Positions 22,794 through 35,583 of a DNA stretch of 64,000 nt are shown here, one piece after another. The stretch comes from Candidatus Atelocyanobacterium thalassae (lineage in GTDB: Bacteria; Cyanobacteriota; Cyanobacteriia; Cyanobacteriales; Microcystaceae). The position numbers were made by a program, and so were the translations under genes. The notes below the pieces were generated by a model. It was not told where the DNA came from and made no database searches. It saw nothing but the letters and a program-made list of their open reading frames with translations. The stretch covers positions 1 to 64,000 of the forward strand of contig JBFPLN010000003.1 of assembly GCA_051971635.1 (NCBI GenBank), in the 5' to 3' direction. Positions within the stretch are counted from its first letter, which is position 1. Every line of letters begins with the position of its first letter.

Positions 22794-22931
22794 TGTTTTC
22801 GATTAACTCCTCTGAAGATATGGTTTATATTATTACATTCACATTTTCTATTAAACCGTAAACTCTGCCTAAATAAACCTCTAAAAATATTTTTAATTTT
22901 AGATAAACTTTTTAAATAATAACAATGGCAA

Positions 22932-22972
22932 AAAAATAAGGTATGTATAGTTTAAAGTTAAACCTTATTTTT
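22932..22972. terminator. 11-bp hairpin downstream of the DUF177 gene
   Basis: AAAAATAAGGT...ACCTTATTTTT. Confidence 0.45.
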
Positions 22973-23034
22973 ACTATGTTAAATACATAATGATTAAATC
23001 ATACAAATACCTATTATTATTACTCATTAAAATA

Positions 23035-23529
23035 TTAATTTTTTTGAAAGTTTTCTAAGCCTTTCCAACAGTTATTAACTGAGGTTGAGATTTCTTGATC
23101 AAGAATAACTGGCGTTTGACAATTATTACTACATAATTTCCTTAAAGGTACAGATAATGATAATTGTTCATAAATCCAAACTTTAGAATTAAAGTAGCCT
23201 TCTGATGGTAAAGTCTCAGAAAAATCTTCTAGAATTAAATCTTTTTCTTGGATAAACTTTTGATCAGAGTTCCAATTCTTACTTAACCATATATTTTCAG
23301 ATACTTTAAGGCTAATGCGATAGTTATATTGTTGAAGACAACGATCACAAGTTAAGTTTATTATCGTCTCTCCTTTAAGATCAATTTCTAAAAAAGTCCC
23401 TCCGTGTCTAATAGTTATTAGACCACGAAAAGGAGTTAAGGTTATTAACTCAGTAATAAAGTCATCCAATATAATAGTTTGAGTTTTTTGAGGAAACTGA
23501 AGCAAATGAGGAATATATATTTTTTGCAT
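23035..23529 (-). CDS. YceD/DUF177 family protein
   Basis: CDRCL and EQLSL..P....C...C motifs. Confidence 0.85.
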   Translation of the reverse strand: MQKIYIPHLLQFPQKTQTIILDDFITELITLTPFRGLITIRHGGTFLEIDLKGETIINLTCDRCLQQYNYRISLKVSENIWLSKNWNSDQKFIQEKDLILEDFSETLPSEGYFNSKVWIYEQLSLSVPLRKLCSNNCQTPVILDQEISTSVNNCWKGLENFQKN

Positions 23530-23566
23530 AGTCTTTCTCTACTAAAAATTATCTACTTGTAAGGTA

Positions 23567-24331
23567 TCAAAAATTAGAACTATAACCTAGATATTTAGTC
23601 TCGGAGGATAAACTGATTATAGTCATGATTTTTGGAAATTGTGAAGAAACTTCCAATTTACCCTCAGAGTTAACTCCACTAATTATTTTTTCAGAATCGT
23701 TGATTATAATTTTAGACCCTATATCGTTTAATATTTCTATATAATTTTTTAACAAAACTTCAATACCTGAAACTAGATAGTATTGATAACCAGAAATTAT
23801 TGCCTCAATAATAATGGCAGCAAGTTGTTCTATTGATATTATTTGATGGTTGTGTGATTGAATGTTGACTCCGTTATCTGGTACAGTGTTACACCAATTG
23901 ATACCTATTCCAATAACAACCTGAGTAATTACATTATTTAGTATTTTAATTTCACTTTTTATACCTCCCAATTTTTGATTTTCAATAACCAAATCATTAG
24001 GCCACTTTAACTTAACAGAAAGTTGATAGTTTCTTAATTTATTAGCTACGCTCCAAGCACTAAATAGTGTAATGTGAGAAGCATTCCTTACAGGAATCTT
24101 TAACTCAAATCCTATAGATATATAAAGTCCCCCTGGTAAAGAGTACCAATCTCTACCCCATTGCCCTTTTCCTTTAGTTTGTTCCGAAGCAATTATAATT
24201 AGAAATCCTAACTTTTTTCTTTTTATTAAGTTCCAAACTACAGAATTAGTAGAAGAAACCTTATTAAAAATGTATATTGGATAAGATGGTTTTTTAAGAT
24301 AGGATTTAATTTTTTCAATATTAATCTTCAT
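23567..24331 (-). CDS. birA: Biotin--protein ligase (no HTH, non-repressor type)
   Basis: STN, QTKGKGQWGR.W, KWPND, KLGGI, GIGIN. Confidence 0.92.
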   Translation of the reverse strand: MKINIEKIKSYLKKPSYPIYIFNKVSSTNSVVWNLIKRKKLGFLIIIASEQTKGKGQWGRDWYSLPGGLYISIGFELKIPVRNASHITLFSAWSVANKLRNYQLSVKLKWPNDLVIENQKLGGIKSEIKILNNVITQVVIGIGINWCNTVPDNGVNIQSHNHQIISIEQLAAIIIEAIISGYQYYLVSGIEVLLKNYIEILNDIGSKIIINDSEKIISGVNSEGKLEVSSQFPKIMTIISLSSETKYLGYSSNF

Positions 24332-24647
24332 TTAATTAGCTTTTAAAGTATATAAATATTACAGTTTCTTTCGATTTAATTTATATTTCATGAATTATAT
24401 ATAAAAATATTTTTATTAAGTAAAAATATAATATTTATGATATTTGAAGACTTATTATGTATTTACCCAAATGAAATACAATTGTAATCAACTACTTACT
24501 TAATTAAAGCATACAAAATACTTCGATTAAGTACATACTAATACACTTGTATGTGACCTTTTTATTTATATACAGTAATTCAATATAGAATCTTTTTGAT
24601 TTACACTAGATACATGAATTATTGTCAATAATTTTAGAAACCTTATT

Positions 24648-25505
24648 GTGCCCAACAAAAATCTATTAATTTCATTCTTTCTTACTTTAGGAATATCGCA
24701 GTTTAGCGTTCCAGCTAATGGACAATTTCTGTTACCTTATACTCCACAATTGAATATGGAGCAACTTGAAGTACAAGGATTGGAGATGGCTGAAGAAGCG
24801 TCTCAATTGGTACGTTTTCAACAACATGATCATGCTTTATCACGTGCAAAGCTAGCTGTTCAGCTAGCTCCACAAAAGTATCAACCTTGGTTTATTTTAG
24901 GGACATTATATGTAATGAAGCAAGACTTAGATTTAGGTATTAATGCCTTAAAAAAATCTTTAGCTCTTGAGCCAAAAGAAATAACAATTAAATTTACTTT
25001 AGGTAATGCATATTTTCAGCAAGGAAAATATCAACTTGCAGCCGTTGAACTAGAAGAAGGATTGCAAGTCAAACCTAATACTTCCTCTGCTCAGTTTGAT
25101 TTAGGTAATACCTACTTCAAATTAGGATACATGGACAAATCAATGGTTGCTTATCGACAAGCAGTTACCATACAGGAAAACTTTTGGCCAGCTATTAATA
25201 ACATAGGTCTAATTAAATATGAGCAAGGAAAGAAAGAAGAAGCAATAACACAATGGAGAAAGGCATTAAGAATAAATTCTGAACAAGCAGAGCCAAAGTT
25301 AGCCTTAGGCGTTGCTTTATATTCTCAAGGCCAAAAAGAACAAGGTATTCAGCTAGGAAAAACTGCTCTTAAATTGGATAATCATTATGGTAATTTAGAG
25401 TATTTAGAGGAAAATCTTTGGGGGGAAAAATTAATTGAAGATACACGTAAATTTTTAAGAGAACCAGAAGTCGATAATTTTATTAATCAGCTTGAAAAAA
25501 ATTGA
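24648..25505 (+). CDS. Tetratricopeptide repeat protein with signal peptide
   Basis: Hydrophobic N-terminus, multiple TPRs (LGNAYF, LGNTYF, WPAINNIG), ENLWG C-terminal motif. Confidence 0.85.
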   Translation: MPNKNLLISFFLTLGISQFSVPANGQFLLPYTPQLNMEQLEVQGLEMAEEASQLVRFQQHDHALSRAKLAVQLAPQKYQPWFILGTLYVMKQDLDLGINALKKSLALEPKEITIKFTLGNAYFQQGKYQLAAVELEEGLQVKPNTSSAQFDLGNTYFKLGYMDKSMVAYRQAVTIQENFWPAINNIGLIKYEQGKKEEAITQWRKALRINSEQAEPKLALGVALYSQGQKEQGIQLGKTALKLDNHYGNLEYLEENLWGEKLIEDTRKFLREPEVDNFINQLEKN

Positions 25506-25851
25506 AATGAGACCATGTTCAGTTATATCTAGTATTAAAAACTTTAAATTATTTTAATCTGATTATGTTTAATAGCTTGTTTAGTAAATTTTTTGCTTAA
25601 TTATTTAGTGCAGTAAAAAATTTTATGTATAAGTTGTTACTAAAATTGTAAAACTAACAAAATACATCATAAAAAATAATTTGTAAAATTTTGAGAATAC
25701 AAATATTTCTTGAATTCATATATATGAGTTTTAGACATAGTGCTTTACTTTCTTAAAAATAGACTACCTGATCACCAAAGAATATGTAATTTAGGATAAC
25801 TTAAAAGTTCATTATTTTTTACAACCTACAAATTTAATTTTAAGCTTAAAA

Positions 25852-25884
25852 AGGCCATAAAGTAGCTCTCCTGCTTTATGGCCT
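25852..25884 (-). terminator. Intrinsic terminator after the ferritin-like gene
   Basis: Minus strand AGGCCATAAAGCAG-GAGAG-CTACTTTATGGCCT then TTTT. Confidence 0.75.
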
Positions 25885-25971
25885 CTCCATAAGTATATAG
25901 AAATCTCAGCTATTTCTTTTCTACTTGAAAAAATTTATCTTGAAAATAAATTTAGTGTATTCTTTATTGCA

Positions 25972-26406
25972 CTAGACATAGTCCCTTAGCATTTTTTTCA
26001 ACTCTATATTGTGCACTTCCTCTTGCCCAATCATGCCTCTTGTGAATTCTTCAATATAAATCGAAGCGTCTTCAACTACTTCTAATAGTTCCTTATAGAG
26101 ATCTAGTGCTTTTTTTTCATGATTAAGACTTTCTACTAAGATAGTATGCAAAGTATGCTCATGACTTTCTTCCATAGCAGCAATTTTTAGGCTCGGATGT
26201 CCTTCTAACCCTGTTAAAATTTCCCCAACTTGTTGAGCATGTAATAAGGATTCAGTTGCTTGTTGTTGAAAAAATTGGACAATAGGAATACGATGAGGGC
26301 CTGTAACCATCAATGAGTAGTGTGTATATCGTACAACACCGGCTAGCTCATATTCCATGATGGTATTAAGAAGTTCGTTTGTTTTATCGCGATTAAGTGT
26401 TCTCAT
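25972..26406 (-). CDS. Bacterioferritin/ferritin-like di-iron protein
   Basis: Ferroxidase pattern YEL...Y...ESLLH...HE...EEVH in a four-helix bundle. Confidence 0.88.
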   Translation of the reverse strand: MRTLNRDKTNELLNTIMEYELAGVVRYTHYSLMVTGPHRIPIVQFFQQQATESLLHAQQVGEILTGLEGHPSLKIAAMEESHEHTLHTILVESLNHEKKALDLYKELLEVVEDASIYIEEFTRGMIGQEEVHNIELKKMLRDYV

Positions 26407-26718
26407 ACTTTACCTTTTGAATAATCTAACTTTTAATGGCAGCATTTTAACCTATTGGAAAGAATTCGTAAAGCTCTTTATGTTAAATCAAGCTTTAAAA
26501 AGAAAGATCTGTAAAATATTTTTCTATTAAAAAAATTAATAAAGAAAAGTAAATTATTTGATAAATGTCAAATATAATTAATTTACTAGCTGAGTATTAA
26601 GTTAGTGTATGTGGAAATCATAATAGTTAAAATTTAAATTTTATTTTTAACAAAATTTAAATTTAGTGCTTATAAATACAGCACTCTGTTATTAAAATAC
26701 ATTAATTTTTATTTTCTG

Positions 26719-27942
26719 ATGTTTTTAACAAATATGATGGATAATTCTAATTGGTTATATAGAGGAACTGCTGAAATATTTCCTGATCAAAATAGTTCAA
26801 ATAATTCTGAAGGAAATCTATTAAATTTTTTAAAGGATGTAGATCGACCTTTAAGAGTCAAATTAGGAATAGATCCGACTGGTAGTGATATTCATTTGGG
26901 ACATAGTATTCCTTTCCGTAAATTACGTGCTTTTCAAGATGCTGGTCACACAGCAGTAGTAATTATTGGAGATTTTACAGCACAAATAGGAGATCCAACT
27001 GGTAAATCAGAAGTGCGTAAGCAACTTAGCCCAAAACAAGTTGAAGAAAATGTGGAGAGTTATTTAGAACAATTACATCCAATTCTAGACTTTAATACTC
27101 CAGAGAGGTTAGAGATTAGATACAACTCTGAATGGTTGAATAAACTAAATTTCCATAAAGTTCAAGAGCTTTTATCGACGATGACTGTGGGTCAAATGTT
27201 AGCAAAGGAAGGGTTCTCTGAACGTTATAAGCAAGAAAATCCAATTTTTCTTCACGAGTTTCTTTATCCTCTGATGCAAGGATATGATTCAGTAATTGTA
27301 AATGCTGATATTGAACTCGGAGGAACGGATCAGAAATTTAACATTGCTGTAGGTAGGGATTTACAGAGATATTTTAGACAAAAGCCCCAATTTGGTTTAT
27401 TACTTCCTATTTTGACTGGAACAGATGGTAACCAAAAAATGTCAAAATCTCTTGGAAATTATATTGGACTAAAAGAAGATGCATTATCTATGTATTCTAA
27501 AATAGAAAAAATTTCTGACACCTTGATAGAGAAGTACTTTGAGTTGTTAACAAATCTGAATCTTGATGAGTTACCAAAAGATCCAAGAGAACGCCAAAAA
27601 CTATTAGCTATAGAAATTACTTCTCATTACCATGGAAGAAAAAAAGCATTATCTGCACAAGAAACAGCAGAAAATCTTGTTAAAAATAAAAATACTCTAT
27701 CAAAAGATTCTATAGCTGAATATAATTTATCTGAAGTAACTTTTCCTGCTAAATTATTTTATATTTTAAGTGCTAGTAAATTATGTGTAAGTAGTGGGGA
27801 AGGAAGGAGGCAGATTCAAGGAGGAAGTGTAAGATTAGAAGGGGAAAAAATTAGTGATGTTAATCTTGTCTTTGAAAATCCTGAACAACTTAATAACAAG
27901 GTCTTACAGGTTGGAAAAACAAAATTTATAAAGCTAGTCTAA
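26719..27942 (+). CDS. tyrS: Tyrosine--tRNA ligase (start may be a few codons downstream)
   Basis: [28 protein letters not shown]4 domain. Confidence 0.97.
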   Translation: MFLTNMMDNSNWLYRGTAEIFPDQNSSNNSEGNLLNFLKDVDRPLRVKLGIDPTGSDIHLGHSIPFRKLRAFQDAGHTAVVIIGDFTAQIGDPTGKSEVRKQLSPKQVEENVESYLEQLHPILDFNTPERLEIRYNSEWLNKLNFHKVQELLSTMTVGQMLAKEGFSERYKQENPIFLHEFLYPLMQGYDSVIVNADIELGGTDQKFNIAVGRDLQRYFRQKPQFGLLLPILTGTDGNQKMSKSLGNYIGLKEDALSMYSKIEKISDTLIEKYFELLTNLNLDELPKDPRERQKLLAIEITSHYHGRKKALSAQETAENLVKNKNTLSKDSIAEYNLSEVTFPAKLFYILSASKLCVSSGEGRRQIQGGSVRLEGEKISDVNLVFENPEQLNNKVLQVGKTKFIKLV

Positions 27943-28106
27943 TCATTGATGATTTATATTTCTTGTTAAAAATTACACTTCATGCGTTATTTACATTTAT
28001 AAAAAGTAAATATTGAGAATCTGGCCACTATTCGAAATAATAATGGTAATAACTTTTGCTCAAATTTAACCATGACTTATGAATAGTAAATAACTGATGA
28101 ATTCAT

Positions 28107-28142
28107 AACATAACATTAATCTTGGGAGATTAATGTTATGTT
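28107..28142. repeat. Perfect 16-bp inverted repeat, 4-nt loop
   Basis: AACATAACATTAATCT-TGGG-AGATTAATGTTATGTT. Confidence 0.93.
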
Positions 28143-28352
28143 CAAGTTAAAGCTTAAAATATCTACTGATAAAGTTTGTCTTTTTTATAAATTAAATAGT
28201 TAAGTTGGTAAAAGTTATAAGTATAATATTTTTGATTTAAAGATTGTTTCTTAAAATAATTAACGGTTTATTGTATTAGTGCGAGAATATAATTATATTG
28301 AGAAGATAAATCATTCCTAAAATTATATTAATAATAATTCTGCATTAATTTT

Positions 28353-29147
28353 ATGAGAAATATTTACAAACCAAAAATTTTAGTTTTAGATTTTGATGGG
28401 GTAATTTGTAATGGAATGCGAGAATATTTTGAAACTGCAAAGAAAGTCTATAAAATAATATGGCCACAAAATATAAATTATAATTACGATCATTTATTTA
28501 AAACTTTTTCCAAGTTGCGCCCTGTAATTGAGACTGGCTGGGAAATGCCTATCCTTTTAAGAGCAATATTTCTTAATTATAAAACTATAGATATTGAATC
28601 TAAATGGGATTCAGTTCGTACAGAAATTATTAATAAAAATAGGATTAAAAAAGAAGAATTAATATTAATTTTAGATGAAATCAGGGACTATTCCATTAAT
28701 CTTGATTTAGACAATTGGCTAAATTTGCATGATTTTTATCCGGAAATTATACAAAAATTACCAAAACTATTAGATTCAAAAATGCATATATATATTGTGA
28801 CAACTAAAGAGGGAAGGTTTGTACAACAATTGCTGGAAAATAAGAGAATAAATTTTCCTAGAGGTAAAATTATAGGGAAAGAATTTAAACAAACTAAATG
28901 TAAAACTTTACGTCAAATTCTTACTACTCATGAAGAAAAACCTCAAAATTTATGGTTTATTGAAGATTTATTCAAAACTTTGATAGATGTTCAAAACAAA
29001 ATAGAATTAAAAGGTATCAAACTTTTTTTAGCAGATTGGGGTTATAACACTATAGAAGTACGTAATTTAGCTAAAGAAAAAAATGGTATTTCCTTACTTT
29101 CTTTAAATCAATTTTCTAAGGACTTTTCAACTTGGATTAAATCTTAA
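28353..29147 (+). CDS. HAD family hydrolase
   Basis: LDFDGVIC motif I, VTTK, FIED, LADWGYN. Confidence 0.88.
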   Translation: MRNIYKPKILVLDFDGVICNGMREYFETAKKVYKIIWPQNINYNYDHLFKTFSKLRPVIETGWEMPILLRAIFLNYKTIDIESKWDSVRTEIINKNRIKKEELILILDEIRDYSINLDLDNWLNLHDFYPEIIQKLPKLLDSKMHIYIVTTKEGRFVQQLLENKRINFPRGKIIGKEFKQTKCKTLRQILTTHEEKPQNLWFIEDLFKTLIDVQNKIELKGIKLFLADWGYNTIEVRNLAKEKNGISLLSLNQFSKDFSTWIKS

Positions 29148-29480
29148 TATAGATCAGAGCTTCAAATTAAATTTGAATATATTATTGTTACTTTTAAATA
29201 CTTAGTTCAAAGATATCTAAGTTTATTCTTAAATTTTTTTTAAACTAAATATTAATTGATAGGTTTTAGTTTTATTAAAAAAAAACAACATAGGCTACTA
29301 TAGCAAATATTAAAGAATTATTATTACAGTTAAATATTCTTAAACTACAATAAACAAGACTAACCATTAATCTATTGGTGTAAAGTAAATAGAATTATGT
29401 AGTGTAATCACTCTTTTAATTATTTCACTATACAAATAATAGACAACTCTATTTAGATTATCATTAAGTAATGGAAAAAC

Positions 29481-30146
29481 ATGATTTATAGACTTCTAAT
29501 TTTAACATTAACTCTATTAATTTTGATGCAAAATGTTCTTAAAGCTTCAGCTAACAATATGGCCAGCATCATATTTAAGGATACCTCATTAAATATCAGT
29601 GAAGTATTTCATGAAAATATAACTATTAACTTACTATTACTTGATTCTTACTCTTTTGGATATTTAACATTTCCTAATATATCAAATAATTACTATTTTA
29701 CTCAAAATTACATAGGCTCAGTTTTTCCTGCAGGAACTAAAAGTAAATATCAGAAAGCAACTGTAGAATATGAAAAAGGAAATGTTGCAAGTAGTCAACA
29801 AAAATGGACAGAAGCTCTGGAATACTATGAGAAGGCAGTAAAAATATATCCTGATTTCATATTTGCTAGAGTAAATATTCCACTAATTCATTATCAATGT
29901 GGTGATAAATTAGAAGCTATTAAAGAAATGAGATATTTAGTTAAAAAATATCCTATGTCTCCCGATATAAGAGCTGCCTTAACAGCTATTTTATGGAGTA
30001 CAGGACAAGAAGGAGAAGCCAAAAGCCATTGGGTATCTGCCGTTGGTATGAACGATAAATACAAGAATTTAGACTGGATTCAAAAGAAACGCTGTTGGCC
30101 ACCTAAAGTAATGATGGCTTTAGATGATTTTTTTAATCTTAATTGA
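29481..30146 (+). CDS. TPR protein (conserved cyanobacterial family)
   Basis: TPRs plus KYP..D.RAALTA.LW, W....R.WPP C-terminus; N-terminal half poorly conserved. Confidence 0.78.
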   Translation: MIYRLLILTLTLLILMQNVLKASANNMASIIFKDTSLNISEVFHENITINLLLLDSYSFGYLTFPNISNNYYFTQNYIGSVFPAGTKSKYQKATVEYEKGNVASSQQKWTEALEYYEKAVKIYPDFIFARVNIPLIHYQCGDKLEAIKEMRYLVKKYPMSPDIRAALTAILWSTGQEGEAKSHWVSAVGMNDKYKNLDWIQKKRCWPPKVMMALDDFFNLN

Positions 30147-30313
30147 TTAACAATCAATTCTAGTGGAGAAATTGTTGTTATGGATGTAATAAGAAAAATC
30201 AATAAAGAAAATTTTTAAAAACAAAGTTCATATTAAGTTAGTATGAATATTGGTGAGGATGAAAACCATAAATAATAATAATTTAAATACTTATCAAGAT
30301 TGAATGGAACATC

Positions 30314-30856
30314 ATGGAAAAAGAAATTTCTACCTTTCGTATTTCTCCTCTAATACAGATTACATTAATTAGTTTATATATTTCTCTAACTATCCCATTG
30401 CCATTTCTTTCAGAAGCAACTGGTGCACCTGTCTCTAGTACAGTTCTATGGGTTGGAATTATTATAGGAGGATTAATACTAGTTGGAAGCCTAAGCGAAC
30501 GAGTTATAGTTGATGAAAATCAAATTAGGATAACTTATTCTAATTGGTTTCCCTTTTTCTTCCGCAAGAATTGGTCATTGTCTTGGTCAGAAGTAAAAGA
30601 TCTTAAGTTACGTACAACTGGCCAAGGTGGTTCCGTATATTATTTAACTAGTAATAGTTTAGATAAAGCTTATTTATTACCTACAAGAGTAGAGAACTTT
30701 TCATATCTAGTAAAATTTATCACCAAAAAAACAGGTATTGATACAAGGGAAATACGACCACTTTCTCAACCGTGGATGTATTTTATTTTACTTTTGTGTA
30801 CACTTTCTTTATTGTTCGTAGATGGTATGGTTATTTGGCAAGCTATTTTTAACTAA
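30314..30856 (+). CDS. Conserved cyanobacterial membrane protein
   Basis: FRISPLI, RTTGQGG, YLLP, RPLSQPWMY motifs; 3 TMs. Confidence 0.75.
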   Translation: MEKEISTFRISPLIQITLISLYISLTIPLPFLSEATGAPVSSTVLWVGIIIGGLILVGSLSERVIVDENQIRITYSNWFPFFFRKNWSLSWSEVKDLKLRTTGQGGSVYYLTSNSLDKAYLLPTRVENFSYLVKFITKKTGIDTREIRPLSQPWMYFILLLCTLSLLFVDGMVIWQAIFN

Positions 30857-30898
30857 TACTATGTATTTAAAATATTGGAATATCTTATTTAAGAAAGT

Positions 30899-30937
30899 AC
30901 GTTTACAAGAATTATTATGCTCTTTGTAAACGTTTTT
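30899..30937 (+). terminator. Intrinsic terminator between convergent genes
   Basis: ACGTTTACAA...TTGTAAACGT followed by TTTT. Confidence 0.6.
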
Positions 30938-31051
30938 CACTAGATTACTATTAAGATATTCTTACTTTTACTATTGATATAGTTTAATTATTAAAATAAA
31001 TCTAATAAACTAGTGTGTTAGATTTGGATTTTTTAGACAAACTATATTTAT

Positions 31052-32680
<1,629 letters not shown>

Positions 32681-33038
32681 TTAGTTAAATTATGATTTTT
32701 ATAGATTTATCCATTATATTAACCTGTCTTTTCCATATAAGACTTACCTTAAGTATACGATTCAATGAATTGAGAATAAAAGGGCTGATTAATTAATATC
32801 AAAATAAAAAATTTTAGAGTTACAAATAAGACATACTACATTAATAATAGAGTTAAATAAAGTAAAGAATTATCAATAACTAAAAAATTCAAAGTGACAT
32901 TTTATTTTTTTATGTATTAATTTATAAAATTATCTTTGAGTAAACAGACCATTGATCACAAGCAATGCTTATTATTAATATACAATTTAAAATAATTAGC
33001 ATACTATAATACAATAGGGGAATTTCACAAAAAATATT

Positions 33039-33812
33039 ATGAAATGGCAAGAAATATCGGGAAGTTTTATTTTAATTCCAAAGTCTCCAATTGCTGTGAT
33101 ACATTTCATTGGAGGAGCTTTTATCGGTAGTATTCCTAATTTTACTTATCGTTGGCTACTTGAAGCACTAGCTAAAAAAGGATATGCTGTTATTGCTACA
33201 CCTTTTATTATCACATTAGATCATTTAGCAATTTCTCAAGACTTGTTAAATCGTTTTGAAAATATATTAAAGTCTATCAAAGATAACATTTATGCAGGAA
33301 TAATAAATCTTCCTGTATACGGAATTGGTCATAGTATGGGATGTAAACTCCATTTATTAATTGGTAGTTTTTTTCATGTAGAAAGAGCAGGTAATATATT
33401 TATATCTTTTAATAATTATCCTATTAAGCAAGCTATTCCTTTTCTTAAGCAATTTAATCTTCATGATGTCCTTGATTTAGAATTCACTCCATCTCCCAAT
33501 AAAACTCAAGATATTATTAAGACAAATTATATTGTTCGTCATAATTTATTAATTAAACTTACTCAAGACAATATCGATGAAACAATATCTTTGATGAAAA
33601 TCTTACATAGAAAATACCCTAATTTAGTGGTTTTACAAACATTATCTGGAAATCATTTAACACCACTAGGACAGGAACTAAGCTTTAAGGCTGGAAACAC
33701 GTTTACACCAATAGAAATCATACAGCAATGGTTTCACAGTAAATTATCTAATGATTTATATGATCTTAAGAATGGGATTTTACAGTGGCTAAATCCAGGG
33801 CAAATTATCTAA
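33039..33812 (+). CDS. DUF1350 alpha/beta-hydrolase-like protein
   Basis: HFIGGAF, GHSMG nucleophile elbow, EFTPSP, GNHLTP. Confidence 0.85.
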   Translation: MKWQEISGSFILIPKSPIAVIHFIGGAFIGSIPNFTYRWLLEALAKKGYAVIATPFIITLDHLAISQDLLNRFENILKSIKDNIYAGIINLPVYGIGHSMGCKLHLLIGSFFHVERAGNIFISFNNYPIKQAIPFLKQFNLHDVLDLEFTPSPNKTQDIIKTNYIVRHNLLIKLTQDNIDETISLMKILHRKYPNLVVLQTLSGNHLTPLGQELSFKAGNTFTPIEIIQQWFHSKLSNDLYDLKNGILQWLNPGQII

Positions 33813-33963
33813 GTCATATATATTAAAATACGGAGAGTAACCTATGATTTAGGGAATGCTAAACTATTGGTAATGTTTATCAAAAATGTATAATTCGTAT
33901 ATCCTACTATCTAAAAAAGTCAAGATACGATATACTCCTCTCGAAACTTTCGATGGATAAAAA

Positions 33964-35322
33964 ATGACAGCAGTAGCAATTCTTGCAGCAGGACGCGGTA
34001 CACGTATGAAATCTAACTTGCCCAAAGTCTTACATGCTCTGGGTGGGCAGTCTTTAGTACAAAGAGTATTAAATAATTGTTCTTTACTTACTCCATCTAG
34101 ACAGTTTGTAATTGTCGGATTCGAAGGAGAAAAAGTAAAGCAATCTTTAGTTGAAAACTGGTCTTTAGAATTTGTTGAGCAGAAAGAACAATTAGGTACA
34201 GGACATGCTGTGCAACAACTTCTACCATACTTAAAAAATTTCGAAGAAGATTTATTAGTTTTAAATGGTGATGTTCCACTTCTACGTCCTAAAACATTGC
34301 AAAATCTTCTAAATATTCATAAACATAATAATAATGCGGCAACAGTTTTAACAGCCAATTTACCTAATCCAAAAGGTTATGGTAGGGTCTTTTGCGATGG
34401 AGATAATTTCGTTACTCAGATTATTGAGGACCGTGATTGTAATTCGGCTCAAAAACAAAATTGCCGAGTAAATGGAGGGATTTACTGCTTTAACTGGCCT
34501 AAGCTCGCTGAAATTTTACCTCATCTTTCTGCTAATAATCAACAAAAAGAATATTATTTGACTGATGTAGCACAGCACCTTGAGCCTTTTATGGCAGTTG
34601 ATGTAGAAGATTATTTCGAAATTAATGGTATTAATAATCGTCAACAGTTATCTGACGCAAATAACATTTTACAAGATCGGATAAAAAAATATTGGATGAA
34701 TGAAGGAGTTACTATGATTAATCCTGAAAGCATTAGTATTGACGACACAGTAAATTTGGCACCAGATACAATTATTGAACCTCAAACTCATTTACGAGGT
34801 AAGACCTATGTTGGTTCAAAAAGTCATATTGGACCAGGAACTCTTATCGAAAATAGCAAAATTGGTGAACAAGTGAGAATACTATATTCTGTTATCAGTA
34901 ACTCTGAGATAGCATCTTATTGTCAGATTGGTCCTTATGCCCATATTCGTAAGGAAGGTAAAATTGATGAATCTTGCCGTATTGGTAACTTTGTTGAAAT
35001 TAAAAAATCTCAAGTCGAAAAAAGTAGCAATATTGCTCATTTGTCTTATATCGGTGATGCCACTTTAGGGAAGCAAGTAAATATAGGAGCAGGAACAATT
35101 ACAGCTAACTATGATGGTGTTAATAAACATCCTACTATTATTGGAGATCAAACTAAGACAGGAGCAAATAGTGTTTTCGTTGCTCCTATAACTTTGGGAA
35201 ACAATGTTACGGTTGCTGCAGGTTCAGTAGTTACTAATGATGTTCCCGACGATGCTTTAGTAATTGCTCGGCAACAACAAAAAATTATTAAAGAATGGAA
35301 AAAAAAAGGTAAAAAACAATAG
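33964..35322 (+). CDS. glmU: Bifunctional UDP-GlcNAc pyrophosphorylase/GlcN-1-P acetyltransferase
   Basis: [17 protein letters not shown], hexapeptide repeats, HLSYIGDA. Confidence 0.98.
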   Translation: MTAVAILAAGRGTRMKSNLPKVLHALGGQSLVQRVLNNCSLLTPSRQFVIVGFEGEKVKQSLVENWSLEFVEQKEQLGTGHAVQQLLPYLKNFEEDLLVLNGDVPLLRPKTLQNLLNIHKHNNNAATVLTANLPNPKGYGRVFCDGDNFVTQIIEDRDCNSAQKQNCRVNGGIYCFNWPKLAEILPHLSANNQQKEYYLTDVAQHLEPFMAVDVEDYFEINGINNRQQLSDANNILQDRIKKYWMNEGVTMINPESISIDDTVNLAPDTIIEPQTHLRGKTYVGSKSHIGPGTLIENSKIGEQVRILYSVISNSEIASYCQIGPYAHIRKEGKIDESCRIGNFVEIKKSQVEKSSNIAHLSYIGDATLGKQVNIGAGTITANYDGVNKHPTIIGDQTKTGANSVFVAPITLGNNVTVAAGSVVTNDVPDDALVIARQQQKIIKEWKKKGKKQ

Positions 35323-35583
35323 CTATACAATGCATTTACTGCATCATGTTTAGTATCAATGCATAGAAAACCAATAATTATATTTTTAAAAAATTAGTAA
35401 CCCTCAAAATTAACGATTATTTATTTTGTATGCTAGAAATAATTAAAAGACCTATTGATTTAATGATTTTAAAAAATTAATACTATGGTTTTCTAGTATT
35501 TCATTAAAAGTGAAATAGTTTAATTATTATATTTTTGTTGCAAGAAATATAATCTGTTAATGTTATTAATTAAATACTAGTAA

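Noticed and set aside
26620..26670. AAAATTTAAATTTT-type palindromes in spacers
   Set aside because: Pure A/T low complexity, expected by chance at this composition
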